Positions 12,580-25,890 of a DNA stretch of 64,000 nucleotides are shown here, piece after piece (the stretch's first letter is position 1; each line of letters opens with the position of its first letter). This DNA is from Phyllosticta citribraziliensis (taxonomy: Eukaryota), in the NCBI RefSeq assembly GCF_038025025.1, contig NW_027117340.1, forward strand, positions 2,294,001 through 2,358,000, given 5' to 3'. The translations under genes and the position numbers were made by a program. The notes beneath the pieces are model-generated. The model searched no databases. It was not told where the DNA came from and saw only the letters and a program-made list of their open reading frames with translations.

Positions 12580-13746
12580 GTCGCGCGTATGTGCGCTTCG
12601 ATTTGCGCACTCAAAATGCCATGGAGTGGTGTGGCAGAGACTGGAAGAGTCGAGCTGGATTGGAGCTTGGGGAAAACACCGCGACGGACGCGGTCCGAGT
12701 GCAAGCGCGATTCCGCTCCGCCCACCGCCAAGATTCTCCGACGGCTTCTTCACCAATCACGGCCTCCATCTCCTTCTACACAACGAACGCTGCGACGTAC
12801 ATTCTTACCGTCATCAAATCCCGGTCTTCTCTTCGGCGCCTTACAGAATCGATCGCGATTCACGAACGGCGTCCACAAGTAGCAGGCCTTGATCAGTCGC
12901 TTGATGCAACCGGAAGCATCCGCGCTCGCCGACTTGACTCTTCGCGACTCCGCTTCCAGGCAGCCCTTTGCTTGACCCAATACTTCAGACAGAAGAACAT
13001 CGCTCTTGCTCAGTCTTGAAGAATCTTTGCAAAGGACGTCTAAAATTCCGGGAAAAATCAGGATACGCCTGCTTGACTTGAAAAGTCGTTCAGCAAAGGC
13101 GGACGGACGTCTTTAAAATGTGCTCCAATCCTCGAAACTGCCTCTTTCTCTCAAAAGCAAGCTCTTTCGACTTCTTTGGCCCAGGAAAGACCGCGATATT
13201 TGAGTCAACAGCCCAGTCTTGGCCCAATGAGACGTCTGATACTGATGCGGTTGCCTCACTCCAACCAATCTACTTCCAGGCCAACCCATCGTTGTACACC
13301 TTGATTATGTACACGTCGTAATGATTAATTGTCACGCGCTTGCTGCGGCATTCCAAAACTTCGCTCCCGTTGTCACGAACCGTTGCTGAAACCTTCATCC
13401 GACGACATTCGAAACCAGCCAAATTCGGACCTCCGGCTTCGCACCACGAGGCGCCTCAGCCATGTCGAAGCCTAAATTCTAGGAGCAGAATCTGGCTCTC
13501 AAGGACGGGCCATGTTTTCGTCTTCAATGCGTGATCCCTCGCCTTGCCAATTCGGTTTAGATGGAGTTCGCCCAGAGAGCTTGCCTCGCATTGCATATTC
13601 ATATAAACTGATTTGTTCCGCAACACTTAGCTCTTCCGGCCAGTCTTTCTCTTTGTTTTTGCCAAAGTTGGACACACTTTCCTTTTTCCCCAGAAACGGT
13701 TTGTTGCGAATATTCTAAGCACTGGATTTCGACTACCACTTGCGTA

Positions 13747-15271
13747 ATGTTTTTAAGGCTCGCCCTCGTAGCGTGTCTACTGGCACTGGCGGATGCTCGG
13801 TAAGCCCTTCAATGTTCTCTCTTGGGATCGTCTGCTTACCCGACCCAGCACCGGACAGGAGCAGATACCAATCGCCGCAATCAGGGCCATCAATGGCGCC
13901 AGACGAGGGCAGGCGGATGCAATCGCGGACAGGGCCGTCAGCGATCTGACGACCAATGCCAACTCATGTGATAAGGTATAGCAAAACGATATCCGCAATT
14001 GACTCGTCTTGATCTAAACAGTGTCAACATAGCTCCGCCGCGCAGACCAAATCATGGCTCAACTAGGAACTGGCGCAGATTCCCTCAAAGCCGCCATCGG
14101 GATGGTGGCAGCCGAGAAGAACTTCAACAACAACCGGGGCTCGGGCTTGCCAGCATTGTGCGGCGAACCGGCTCTACCTCAAACCCCACAGCTCAGGGGC
14201 ATTACTCCCCTCATCGACCCAGAGGTGCTCAACGCCCAGGTGGCAAATCAGCTGTCGGCGAAGACGGAGGCTGCTCCCATCGATGCAAGAGGTATGCCCA
14301 AAGATTCAATTTATGACAACGCTATGAAGCTGATTGAATATTAGGCATGAGTATTGCCGACCTCATGGTAGCAAATGGCTTTACCCAGTTCGTCAGAGAA
14401 TCCTTGGACGGGACTACTACTAGCAGCCAAAACCAAAACCCAGCCCCTGCTTCAAATAATCCCAATGTAAACCCCAACGCCGCAAATCCAAACGCAGGCG
14501 CAAATGGTGCTGGAGCTGGCACGAACAACCCCAACGCTGGCGGTGCCGGCGTTGCAGGAGCTGGGGCTGGCAGTTCAAACAATGGGAATACAGGTGCCAC
14601 AGCCTCAGGGGGTGGTGGAAGCTCAGGCATCGGTGGTGCAAGTGGAAGCGGAAGCAGTAGGTCATTCTCAAAACTTCATCACCATCCTCATTCTGACGAT
14701 TCTCGGCAGTAAGCGATCCTCTCGTCATCAGTCCTCAATTTTCAGGGCAGGGGCAAACGGCCCAAGCCGCGAGCAACGGGGTCAATCTCCAAGCGTCAAG
14801 CATCAGTGGAGTTGACTTTGGCAAATGCCTCCCTACCATGAAGTTCGAAGGCGGACTCGACGGCAGGTCCGCCAACGAAGGCGCGTTCCAAGCCATCGAC
14901 CCGCAAATTGCAGCCGGCCAACAGGTACGTAGACTCTGTCATCCACAACAAAAAAGGCTTCCTCCACACTGCTGTCATCATGATCCAACAACTGACGCTG
15001 CTCCCTCCAGTCCTCGCGCGACCCCAAAGACATCACAGCCCGCGTCTGCGCCCAAGTCAGCAGCGCCGCATGCGGCGCCAACGACGCAGCCCAGGGCGCA
15101 TGCGAGTCGGCCAGGGCGCAAATCGCGGCGCAAAACGACAACGACAAGAGCACGGTGGACGCGTGGAACACGGCGCTGGGATTCGCCGGGACCAAGACGA
15201 ACCCGAGCGGCGGCCGCGAAAACCCTCGGAGTCGTCGACGACTCAGGAGTCGACGCTTCGACGCGTCGTAG
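13747..15271 (+). CDS. Secreted uncharacterised fungal protein with Asn-Pro/Gly-rich linker
   Basis: Signal peptide MFLRLALVACLLALADA. Five GT-AG introns (about 13800-13847, 13975-14032, 14292-14343, 14657-14709, 14924-15010) join in frame to GQEQIPI...DFGKCLPTMKFEGG...WNTALGFAG...RFDAS*. Confidence 0.8.
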
Positions 15272-15300
15272 AAACTTGCTTGCGTCTGCGGCGGGGAAAA

Positions 15301-15316
15301 GGGGGGGGGGGGGGGG
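15301..15316. repeat. poly-G homopolymer
   Basis: Run of 16 G. Confidence 0.9.
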
Positions 15317-16141
15317 TGTGGAGGATCAAATGTAAACGAGGAATTCAGGTGGTGGTAATTTGATATATACCTTCCTTTTTGAACAAACTGCGGCTCGGGG
15401 GTTTTCAAACGGAGTTTCGATTCGTTCGTCGGTTGATGATCGTAATGCGCGTCGTCAAGTTACGCAGGCCAAGCACACGGGCTTCTATGTCCAGCGAAAG
15501 GGGGAAAGGAGAGCAACGAGCGAAGGCGCCGAGCTCAGGGTGGAGGAGTGGAACAAGATGACGATGACGGCACAAGGAGCAGTCTTGGTAGTAGATTTGT
15601 GTTTGTGGCGCAATTCGATTCTGTACCTGTTTTACCTCTCCTCAAAATGTAGCAGCAGCCCAAACGACTAGCAGTAGGCCTGCTGCACATTCCTGTCCTT
15701 TGTATAACAATGCATTCATTGCCTTCCGCCTCCGTCTCGAGCGACCTGGGAGCCTCCCGCAGCCGCCCTGCCTCGCCCGTCCCTCTAGTGTTGAAGCCAA
15801 AGGGCGCCCTGGCTTTCCCAAGCAACTTGGCCGCCACACCACGACCACTCGCTGCCGACGCCTGCCCGTCTCAAACATGCCACCGCTGAACCAGCCAGCC
15901 AGCCGTGTTGAACTAAACCCAGGGTCGTCGAATCGTACCCGTACGTGCACTGTCGAATCCAGTGCCGTCCACCTACCTGTACGCCAAGGAAAATGCTTCA
16001 ATACCACACACCCAGCACCTGATTTTTGGTTTTCACCTTGTGTAACTCCTCTCTCTGCTGCCTTCAACTCCGCTCCCCAAATCAGCACAGTACAACACAC
16101 CCACCCACAACTCCCCCACCACCTCGTCCTTAACCAGTCTC

Positions 16142-17604
16142 TTACGGCTCACCCGGCCAAATCTCATCCGCAATCTGGCGAATCAGCTGCAACTTCTTCC
16201 ACATGCCATCCCAATCAATCAAGTTGCCCTCCTCGTGGCTAGCAAATCCGCACTGGGGGCTGACACCCAGACTCTTGAGCGCCTGGTCGCGCGTCTGGCC
16301 GCGACCCTGCGCAACCACGTCGGCGGCCTCAAAGACGCGCCGCTTCATCTCCTCCTTGTCCTCGAGCTGCGGGAACTTGGATGTGACGACGCCCAGCACC
16401 ACGTTCTTGTGCGGCGGCAGCGCCGCCAGTGGCGCGAAGCCGCCCGCGCGCGGCGTGTCGTATTCGAGGTAGTACGTCGATGCGTTGAGCGTCTGGAAGA
16501 GCTTCGTTGCGATGCGGTCATATGCGCCTTCGGCGAAGTGGCGCGAGCCGACAAAGTTGCCTGGACGGGAAGGTGAGCGTCAGTGAGGGGGGAGAGATTG
16601 GTGAGGCGGGCCGTTGGAAGTGGGGCCAGAAGGAGGGGAGGGGATGCGGGGAGAGAGTTAAATATCATCCCGTGATTCACGCACCTCTGCACAGGTGGAT
16701 GCCAATGTGCATGTCGGCAGGGACCTTCGCGATGCAGTCGTTGTACAGCTTGATGTATGCGTCGAGCGTCTCGTCGGCCGTGTGCTTGTTGCGGTTGTCG
16801 TTCTTCCAGCCGTCAAGCATGTTGTCGGAGCAAAAGTCTGCGCCTTGTGAGCCTGGATTTCTTTCTATTGGGCCACATTACAGAGGCTGGCCTCGTCAAT
16901 GACTTACACGCCAAGTTGGGGTCGTCGTATTGGACGTTGCGCACGCCGGCCTTGTACAGAATGTCCAGCTCTGTCTGGTACGCTTTGGCAATGTCGGCGA
17001 AATACTCCGCGTCGCTGCTGTACACATCCGTTGGGTACGCCTGTCCCTCCCTGTAGCGCAAGTGGTACCAGTTCGGCGCCGCGAGCGTGAGCTTGATGTC
17101 GCCCCAGCGCTCCTCGGGCACGAGCGTCTTGAGGTGCTCGACCTGGCTGATGTAGCTCGACTTGCCCGTGTGTCTAATCTTGCCAACGCAAATGACCGTT
17201 TCGCCTGGCACGTGGTTCGTCTCGAGGAAGGCGGCCATGTCGGGCACGTAGGTGCGGAACATGTCGAGCGAAGGCTGCTGGACCTCCTTCATGCCTTCGA
17301 GCGTGGGCCAGAAGGAGCCCCAGAACATGTGACGCCTGCGTCTGGAGTCAGAGTAGATTCGTCATTGCTGTCGATGGGCTGCTACGTACGTGTACTCGCC
17401 ATCCGTCACGGCGCGGAATCCGAGTTCGATCTGCTTCTCTACGGCTTGCTTGATGGAAGCATCCTCGACAGGCTTCAAAGCCTCAGGCTTGAGCTTGCCA
17501 TCATGGACAGCCTGGCGCTTTTCCAGGAGTTCCTTGGGACGGAGCAATGAGCCAAGGTGTTCGGCGCGGAAAGGGGGTTGGTGATGCTCCTTGGTTGCAG
17601 ACAT
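16142..17604 (-). CDS. Cobalamin-independent methionine synthase-like protein, single catalytic barrel (UROD/MetE-like)
   Basis: Four exons: PPFRAEHLGSLLRP, VTDGEYTRHMFWG, QYDDP, HLCRGN (Zn ligands), YYLEYD, VVLGVVTSK, SPQCGFAS. Three canonical introns. Confidence 0.92.
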
Positions 17605-18799
17605 GTTGGTTCGAGTCGACTGGAAATCCGATAATTGTCGTTGACTAAAAAGGACGACCCAATCGTAGGTGAATTAGATGTATGAACGAGACGATCCAAG
17701 ACTTAACAGGATGAGGGGAAGGAGCAAAGTGAGGAAAGGAGGGCTGGGGAATTGAATTTCAGCTGCTAAGCTCCGGAAGACCCCTCTGTGGGGTAAGATC
17801 TAAACAAGCCGACGAGGCGGAATACTCGACTTTCATGATTGGTCCGTTTAAAAGTTTAGTGGGTAAATATGTCCGTGGAGAGTGTGGAGACGCTCCGCTG
17901 TCGTATGCTCGCTGAAAACTGGACCAGTCCATGGAAGTGAGGAAAAAGCTGGAGCGTTGTTCCGGCGATTCGCGGCGTCCATCGGCTTTGTATGCTTCCG
18001 TACCTAGCCAGCATCTCATGGACAAGGTTTTAATGCTTCTGTGATAGTCATCTTGTCCCGATGTTGCCTGTAAAAACCATCAGCGACCGCGCAGTGGCAG
18101 TTCGTCCGATCATGCTGGCGGGTGCACAATTTGAAGAATGCCGCGTGGAAACTGTGTCGTCAAACCAATGCTCGTCGGATTTAAGCGGGGGTCCATCCGA
18201 CTCATGACGCTACCGGGTTCTGGGGACTGTTAAAAGTGGGGACCCTCCCGGACGATCAATAAACCCTGTCGGTAGCTTGGCTGTTGCCCGCTCGCACCTA
18301 GTTGCGTACTCGCGACCACTTCCCATCCAGCTCATTGGTCGATACCTCTCGTGAATTCCGTATCACTGCGTCGATAGAGGCGTTAGTCGATGTCTTTACG
18401 GTGGGAATGACTTCTGGATCTTTACCTCTAGTTCAAGCAAGTCCCTCCGCAAAAGCCTGCGTCCTTGTTTAGAAATACAAAGTACCGTAATCGAGCGAAG
18501 TGAGGATAGACGGAGGATGATGGAAAGGAATCTATTCTAGAATCTATTGCAGAATGTGATGCAACCATGGATGCAATGCAATGCCGTGATGCAAAAACCC
18601 CAAGTGTATGCAACGAGCAGTAGTCCAATCTTCCAGGCTGTTTTTTCAAAAGGGAGTAATGCATGTTGGCTTCAAGGTCCCAGAATATCAATCTCTGAAA
18701 CCAGGGATTGGCAATCAGACCATTTCTAGGAATGAATGCTGCGCTGAGAATGCCATGCCTCGTTGAGGCGGTCTGAACTATTTCAGTGGAACGAGTCCG

Positions 18800-19249
18800 T
18801 TACGAGTCCGAAATTATGCGCCTTCCATCCGAGCTCCCGGGTTCCCGAGTCGATGATCCAGGCGAGCAAGTGATTTCGTCTCCGCAGGTAATCAGATCGA
18901 CGGATGACGCCGTGCTAACTACTGAAGAGCATGGGCTAGCCACTGGCGGTGGATATTGGTCGTCCAAGTAGTCCGTTTCCTCGGGAGAACCAGTCGGTGT
19001 TTCTGGCGACGGACCAAAGACGGAAGTCGTGAATTTGAACTGTGTTTCTGGGCTGGGTAAAGGTGACGGGTGTGGACCGAGATTCAATTCCTCCATTTCT
19101 TGCAGGCTAGGACCATCCTTTACTGTATCGATGGTCGCCATTGCTTCTTCGAGAGGCTGGACAACATATTCGGGGTAGGCAGCCGCCAAGAAATCAGCGA
19201 TGCCAGATTTCGGATGCTCCTCGACGATGAGATTGTGCTCCGCAGTCAT
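18800..19249 (-). CDS. Hypothetical acidic Ser/Pro-rich protein
   Basis: 149-aa ATG-initiated ORF with protein-like composition; no recognised domain. Confidence 0.35.
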   Translation of the reverse strand: MTAEHNLIVEEHPKSGIADFLAAAYPEYVVQPLEEAMATIDTVKDGPSLQEMEELNLGPHPSPLPSPETQFKFTTSVFGPSPETPTGSPEETDYLDDQYPPPVASPCSSVVSTASSVDLITCGDEITCSPGSSTREPGSSDGRRIISDS

Positions 19250-19523
19250 TATATCCTTGGCATACCCTACTCCCGCTTGCCCAGGACTGCTGAAGTTTCC
19301 TGCTTCTCGGATTAGAGCCCGTGGACATGGTGATGAAGCAGCGCAAACACTGCAAGCAGAATGCTTTTTGCTGCTAACCTCCAGTCTGTCAAGAATATTT
19401 AGGAGATCCTGAGTGTCCCACGTCTGCCAGGTCTGGGTCAGTCTGGGCGACGCATCCTGCTCACAATGCCATTAGCAAATGGCAAACACGAGCAAAAGAG
19501 ACTGGGCGCTCTGATCATGACAA

Positions 19524-20806
19524 TCAGACCTCCTTGAGCCTCTTAGATGGTCTGCCCAGCAGGGTATCATCCGGAAGTCCACTGCGCTTGGAGCCTGGCA
19601 GACTCGACGTCCTAATGTCGTTGTCGTCGGCTTTGACGGCGCGGCGCGGATACTCGATCTTGGATCCTTCGAAGCAATTGTCACTAGGCTTCTGGCCGTC
19701 GGCCAGTCCAACCTTGAAATACGGATGGTGCAAGGCCTGCTCAGCGGTGAGACGCTTCTTAGGGTCGTATTCGAGCAAGCCCTGCAGGAGAGCATAGCCC
19801 TCTGGACCAGGAGTTTCACCAGGCCTGTCAGGATATCCATTGGTTCTCATGCAAGAGTCGTACCAGGCCCGAAGGCCCATGGGCCTGTTGATGCGTGGAT
19901 TACCGGCGGAGAGCGAGGGGAGCTGCGGATACTCGGGCATGGCACGGAGGAGCGGCCACTCTTCGACACGGGGCATGCCCATTATCTCGACGATTCTTTG
20001 CATCTGGTTGCGCTGGAATGGGGGCTGTTTTTTATTGTCGAGCTTGGCCTCTTCTCCCTTGAAAATGGGCCGCAAAGCCAGCAGCTCAGCAAAAATGCAC
20101 CCAACCGCCCAGAGGTCGATGGCAGGTGTGTAGTGCCGGGCGCCAAGTAAGAGTTCGGGAGCACGATACCAGATGGTTACGACAACCTTATCGCCGCTGT
20201 AGAGGGAGCCAAGGGGCTTGTAAAACAGTCTTGCCAGCCCGAGGTCACCAATCTTGACGGCGCCGGCGCCTGTGACCATGATGTTGGCTGGTTTGAGGTC
20301 ACGGTGCATGACCCAATTCCTGTGCAGGTAATGGAGGCCTTTGAGCAATTGATACAAAATGGATTGGATGGTCCTGGCTGGAATGGGCTGGCGGGGCGTT
20401 TGCGTGTGGTGATGGACGATCTGGAGCAAGTCGTGTTCGGCGTACTCAAAGACGATGAAGATGCACTTGTCCTCGAGAATGATTTCAACCGTGTGGACCA
20501 CGTTTGGATGCTCGAGCTCTGTGCACAAGGCCATCTCGCGAATGGCAGATTGAGAGATTCCCGTGTACTGTATCTCGCCTTCCTTGTCGGGCTTGAATCT
20601 GGTGAGGGGAGGTTAGACGGCGGGTTGCCTGATGGGGAAATATTGATGGGGCAGGGATGGGCAAACTTTTTGATGGCAAACAAGCCAACCTGGCCGGTCC
20701 TGCTCTGAGCCTTGAAGACTCGTCCGTAGGTGCCGCTACTGATGAAGCCCAGGATCTTGTAGCGCTCCTGGACGCGCTTCTTGCTCGAGTAGCCGCCGGC
20801 CAGCAT
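19524..20806 (-). CDS. SSN3: Mediator kinase CDK8/Ssn3/Srb10
   Basis: GFISSGTYGRVFKA, FAIKK, intron 20666-20599, FKPDKEGE, SQSAIRE (CDK8-type cyclin-binding helix), HRDLKPAN, DLGLAR, VVVTIWYRAPE. Confidence 0.96.
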
Positions 20807-21676
20807 GACGGCGGGTTCAGAGGATGGAGCTGTCAAGGGCGTCTGGTTAGGATTTGATTGCCAAAGGAAAAAGCGCCAGCGCACGACAGGGACAAATAGC
20901 AAGCAGGGCGGCAAGGGCGGCACTGAAATGCCGTCCGTTCATCAGACTGGAGGAAAGGAAAGGAAGGGAAGGAGAGGCGCCGACGGAGTCTTGGAAGAGA
21001 GAGGCCCGGGGTCAAGGCTGGGCTGGGGTTATCGATACCGAGCGTGGTATGAGGTAAGCTGCTTGTGTGCATCATTGCACCGGCCAGCGGCTGCCCACTG
21101 CCGCTGCCACTGCCGACTGAGGCGGATGCGGATGCGGGCGCCGAGCAGTAATCTGGGGATTTGGAAGCCATCGGATGGTTTGTCTGTCTGGCTTCCTTGG
21201 GTCGGGACGAACGCGTCCACCATGTTGCTGTAACAGCTGCCAGCCGGCGCGGGAAGCTAATGTGCATGTAAAGTCATGGCCTCCTCGGCCGGATTCCTGC
21301 ACCGAGCTAGCGGCAACCACTTACCCTGGTCCTCACCCCAAGACTCCGGTCCGCCATCGTTGGTCATGCCGACCTACGGCCTACCTACATACATATTCTT
21401 CCATACACCTTGTTTCCGGCCATCGCAAAGCTGTGTCCACCAAACATCTGCGTCGCTGCTCTTGATGACTGAACCCCCGCTGCTTGCACACTTCTAGCCT
21501 GCGCCCTCGCGCGGTATTCCACCCGCTCCCTTGGACTTCGCTATCCAGGAGAAGCCCGTCTCAAGCCTCCCTCGGGCACAGGTATGCTTCCTCAGCCCGC
21601 CACAACCACCACCACAAGTTGACATCCGCCGCGGTCCGGAGCTTTCCACCCTTTCCTTTCCCTCAGCTCGCTCGCC

Positions 21677-23204
21677 ATGGATTTCCGCAGCTGGGCCAGG
21701 GACCTGACGGCCTACTTCATCTTCCTGCTCTTCACAGCCACGCTGGGCCCGCTGCTGTTTGGCTTCCACCTGGCCGAGCTGAACACGCCCGAAGATGTCA
21801 TCAGGTGCAAGAAGAAATCGCTGTTCGCCAAATCGGCCGCCAAGCTCCCGCAATGCATGCCCATGGACCCGGCCCAATGGGGTCTCGTAGGCTCCATCTT
21901 CACCCTGGGCGGTCTGATCGGCGCCCTGTCTGCCGGCCCCGTGGCCGGCCGCTACGGTCGTCTCAAGTGCATGCAGTTCACCACCGTCTTTTTTGTCCTT
22001 GGTCCCGTGCTTGAGGCCTTGTCGCCCTCTTTTGGTGTGCTCGTCTTCGGCCGCTTTGTTTCTGGTCTGGGTGCTGGCGTTGCCGTCGTCGTTGTCCCCA
22101 TTTACATCTCTGAAGTTGCGCCTCCGGCCGAGCGCGGCTTCTTTGGTTCCTTTACCCAGATCATGTGCAATGTAGGCATTTTAATTACGCAGCTGCTGGG
22201 TTACTTCCTCAGTCATGGCCGCATGTGGAGGCTGATTTTGGCTGCCGCCGGTGTAATCGGAGTCATCCAAGCAGTTGGACTCATTGCTGGAGTCGAGAGC
22301 CCCAAGTGGCTCGCGGACCAAGGAAGGCCCTCAAAGGCAAAGAAGAACCTTCGCAAAATCAGAGGCCAAGATGCCAACATTAGCGAAGAGGTTCAGGAAT
22401 GGGGCGTTGGAGACGTTGACCAGATGAGCGGTGCGTGTGGCCCCTCGAAGCCCCCAACGCAGCTAACACCCCCCTTTAGATGAAGAAGAGACGCTCCTCA
22501 ACAACCCAGAGGATAGCACCATATCGCCGCCTCCAGACAAGGCCAACAAATCACCGATGGGAACACTGTCCGTCCTTACGCACCCCGAGACGGCGCGCGC
22601 CACCTTCTCCGTCATGATGGTGATGCTAGCGCAGCAATTCACCGGCATCAACAGCATCATCATGTACGGCGTCTCCCTACTTGCGACACTACTCGCAGCC
22701 AACTCGGCGCTTCTCAACCTGCTCGTCTCCGTCGTCAACATCATCGCCACGACGAGCGGCGCGCTGCTCGTCGAGCGCCTCGGCCGCAAGACGTGCATCC
22801 TCGGCTCCATCTCCGGCATGGGCGTCTCGTCGCTGCTGCTCGGCCTCTCCATCCTGCGGCACATCCCCATCCTGTCGGCCATCGCCGTCGTCGGCTTCGT
22901 GGCGAGCTTCGGGCTGGGACTGGGCCCCGTCCCCTTCATCCTGGCCAGCGAGCTGGTCGGGCCCGAGGCCGTTGGCGCCGTGCAGAGCTGGGCCCTCGCC
23001 GCCAACTGGGTCGCCACGTTCGTCGTCGCCCAGTTCTTCCCCATCCTCAGCGCTCGCCTGGGCGGGCACGTCTTCTTCATATTTGCGGCGCTTGCGATCG
23101 TCTTCGGCACTTTTATCGCGTTTTTTGTCCCCGAGACCAAGGGGAAGCGGAATGCTGATGAGGTTTGGGGCCGCCAGAGACCGGCGTCGACGAGGGAGGA
23201 CTAG
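21677..23204 (+). CDS. MFS sugar-porter family transporter (Vps73/YBR241C-like)
   Basis: FGFHLAELN, GRYGR, PIYISEVAP, VESPKWL, AQQFTGINSI, ERLGRK, VPETKG. One intron 22431-22479. Confidence 0.92.
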
Positions 23205-23468
23205 ACGCGTGTGTCCTTGGGCGAGAGATTGCGAGCTACCAGCGCAGCGGTCGTCGTGCCATACCACTCATCGGTACAGTGAGCATGCGGTTCTTGTCAA
23301 ATTGCTTCCCCCGTTCTTCTCTTTTTACTTTCGCCTTGTCTCATTGCACCTTGCGCCGCGCTTTCCACTCGTTGCATCCCATCTTCGCACCCCATCCAGC
23401 TGGCGATTGTTCGGGGTTGGTGGCTATGGGTTGGTTGGTTGGTCAGTTCATTTGGGACACGAGTTACG

Positions 23469-23534
23469 ATAGCGATACAGACAGACAGACAGAAAGAAAG
23501 AAATGAAAGAAATACAGGCAGGCAGGCAGCAGGC
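23469..23534. repeat. Compound tetranucleotide microsatellite (GACA/GAAA/GGCA)
   Basis: ACAGACAGACAGAC, AGAAAGAAAGAAA and AGGCAGGCAGGC occur in succession. Confidence 0.75.
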
Positions 23535-24363
23535 GTTTGTCCATCTAGCTCTCCCACAACCTCTAATAACCTTGTTCGTGCTGCTTTCTACATTCTCTGT
23601 CTTTCCCCACTGCGTGACCTGCCCTATCTCGTCTAGTTCAACAACTTGTGCATAGTACTCATAGCCTAAGTCAGACTCAGTCATCCTTCACCTCATCACA
23701 GGATCTGTACAACGGAACCCCTGGTCCCCTCCCAGAGAGTCAAAGCCAGCAGCCAACGAAGCACTCGCCCAACGACCACCACTACTACCACAACCGTACA
23801 AACCACGAAACTCAACGCCCTCACATCGAGCAATGACCCGTCGTGGTGCAGTGGTAGCCACGCTGGATGGTTGACTGAGGAGCACATTGGCAATGCCGTG
23901 TGGAGCCCAATGGGTCAGCCATTGGGGAACCCGCCCTGGGGTAAGGGGAGCTTAGTTCAAAGTCCAGAGACCCGAGGTCGATTCTCGGCGACGGAGTGTC
24001 TTTTTGCCTTGTGTTCACTGCACATGTACGTGTGCGGGGGAAACAGAGAGGGAGTGAGGGAGGGAGGGGGATCTTAAGGAAGGAGGAGGGAGAGGAGGTA
24101 TCAGGGCTAGGGAGGTTGAGTTTTGGGGGTTCGCTCTTTCAGAGGTAGAGTTGTGAGGGTTGTTGTGCTTTCTGTTTGGAAGAGGTGACGGAAGAGTAGA
24201 AGACGTTTCATTGATAGGAAGAGCCATATTGTTCTCCTCGGTATTTACAGGTTTTTCTTTTTACTTTTGCATGCAACGACTAATGCGTGGGATGGGATAT
24301 CTTGTACATGACAGCTGCAACACGCTCAACTACTTCGGCAAACAAACAAAGAATCCCAACGTC

Positions 24364-25890
24364 TCACTGACCTACCTTGATGGCTCGTCCCCTTGTCGTC
24401 CGCGTCGTCGTTTCCGCTTTCTCGACCGTCCCCAAGTCTTCAATATCCGGCACCGTCTCGACCTTGACTTGATCTTCGGCCAACTCCTCTTTAACAGCGG
24501 CACTTACCTCGGAGCCTAATACTCCCACTTCTCCGTCAATTTCCTCCTTGATCACCTTCTCCTTCTTCACGGTCGTCTTCTTCTTGCGCTCCGCCACAAC
24601 ACTCGGACACAGCGCGGCGGCAGCCAAATCGCACTCGCCACACTTCCTGCCCACAGGCGTGCAGACAGTCTGGCCCAAGCCGACCAGCAGCCAATTGATC
24701 TCGTGCCATTTGTCGCGGGGCAGCCAGCTCTCGAGCTGCGCACGCGTCTCTTCAGGCGTCCGCGTGCGGTGCCAACCCCACAGGTTTGTAATCCTGTGCA
24801 CATGGACGTCGACCCCGATGCCCTCGTCGCGACCCCAAGCCGCCGACATGCACAGGTACGCCATCTTGGGCCCGACACCCGGCAGCGCTGTCAAGCCCTC
24901 TATCGTGTCGGGAATGTCGCCGTCGTGGCGGTCGCGCAGAATCTCGGCAGTGGCTTTGATATACTTGGTCTTGTTGTTGTGAAAGCCGACTTTTTCAATC
25001 AGCCGGTTCAGGTCTGGAGGAGCCACGGCCAGTAGCGACGAGAGCGTAAAGCCGCCGGGCAGATTGCTGCGCAAATTGGACATGGCGGCGGCCGTCACTG
25101 TGTCTTTGGTTTGCGAGGAGAGCATCAGCGCGACGAGCGTTTGTAGACGTTGGTCGCGTGGTGACGATGCCTCATCCGCCAACGTTTCGCAACCCATGGT
25201 GTCCACAGGCGCGGGAATGCGCCGCCGCATGGCCATTGTCGTGCTATATACCTGGTCCCAATTGGGAGGAGGGTCAACCTTGGTAATGCCATCGGCAGAA
25301 GTGGTCGCTTTTGCGGATTTACGCCTAGGCTTTTTCGGTTGTGAGCTGGGCCCATTTCCCACTTGCACAGACTCTTCTGCGACGCATTCTTTCAGTGATT
25401 CAGCGGTGCCGGATGCTGCTCCTTTGGTCCTCGACGAACGCCGCGTCGTCACTGAAGTAGCGGCCGGGAATGACGAGGCGGAGGTTGGATTCAGAGACCC
25501 GGGCTCGCCGGGCGACACGGCGCCGCGCTTGCGCTTGCGTGGCGCCGCCGTCGTAGAGGCTGGGTCAGTGGCAGGCTTCAGCGAGCTCTTTTCGAATGCG
25601 ACAGTCTCTCCGTCGATGTCGGATGGCACGGACGAGAGATCTGACGATGGGTCGCCGGCAGCGGACGGAGGTTGTGGCGGGGCTTGCGAAGAACTTGTCG
25701 AGGGGGCGGCGTGGGAGTGGGCTTCGCCGCTGTCTTCGTAGTGATGTTTGATCGGCGCTCGCGAAACTCGTCGTGTTTTACGAACAGAAGAAGCGCGAGC
25801 CGAGTTGGACAAGGTCGGGACTTTCCATGGCGAGGACGACAAAGCGCGCATCGCGAGGGCAGCATCCTGCGAGAGGCGTGAGCTGCGCAT
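24364..25890 (-). CDS. NTH1: Endonuclease III homolog (DNA glycosylase/AP lyase)
   Basis: [15 protein letters not shown], HhH motif [18 protein letters not shown], and 4Fe-4S cluster [11 protein letters not shown]...C. Confidence 0.96.
   Translation of the reverse strand: MRSSRLSQDAALAMRALSSSPWKVPTLSNSARASSVRKTRRVSRAPIKHHYEDSGEAHSHAAPSTSSSQAPPQPPSAAGDPSSDLSSVPSDIDGETVAFEKSSLKPATDPASTTAAPRKRKRGAVSPGEPGSLNPTSASSFPAATSVTTRRSSRTKGAASGTAESLKECVAEESVQVGNGPSSQPKKPRRKSAKATTSADGITKVDPPPNWDQVYSTTMAMRRRIPAPVDTMGCETLADEASSPRDQRLQTLVALMLSSQTKDTVTAAAMSNLRSNLPGGFTLSSLLAVAPPDLNRLIEKVGFHNNKTKYIKATAEILRDRHDGDIPDTIEGLTALPGVGPKMAYLCMSAAWGRDEGIGVDVHVHRITNLWGWHRTRTPEETRAQLESWLPRDKWHEINWLLVGLGQTVCTPVGRKCGECDLAAAALCPSVVAERKKKTTVKKEKVIKEEIDGEVGVLGSEVSAAVKEELAEDQVKVETVPDIEDLGTVEKAETTTRTTRGRAIKVGQ

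Noticed and set aside
12580..12731. N-terminal extension of the 1919-aa Nup188 ORF
   Set aside because: It begins at a non-ATG codon and reads through the leader and intron 1. The spliced ATG at 12579 gives the family-like start.
22463..23472. Long antisense or off-frame ORFs over the MFS gene (also over the permease, DUF1749 and NUP188 genes)
   Set aside because: Shadows of codon bias in real genes; no independent motifs.
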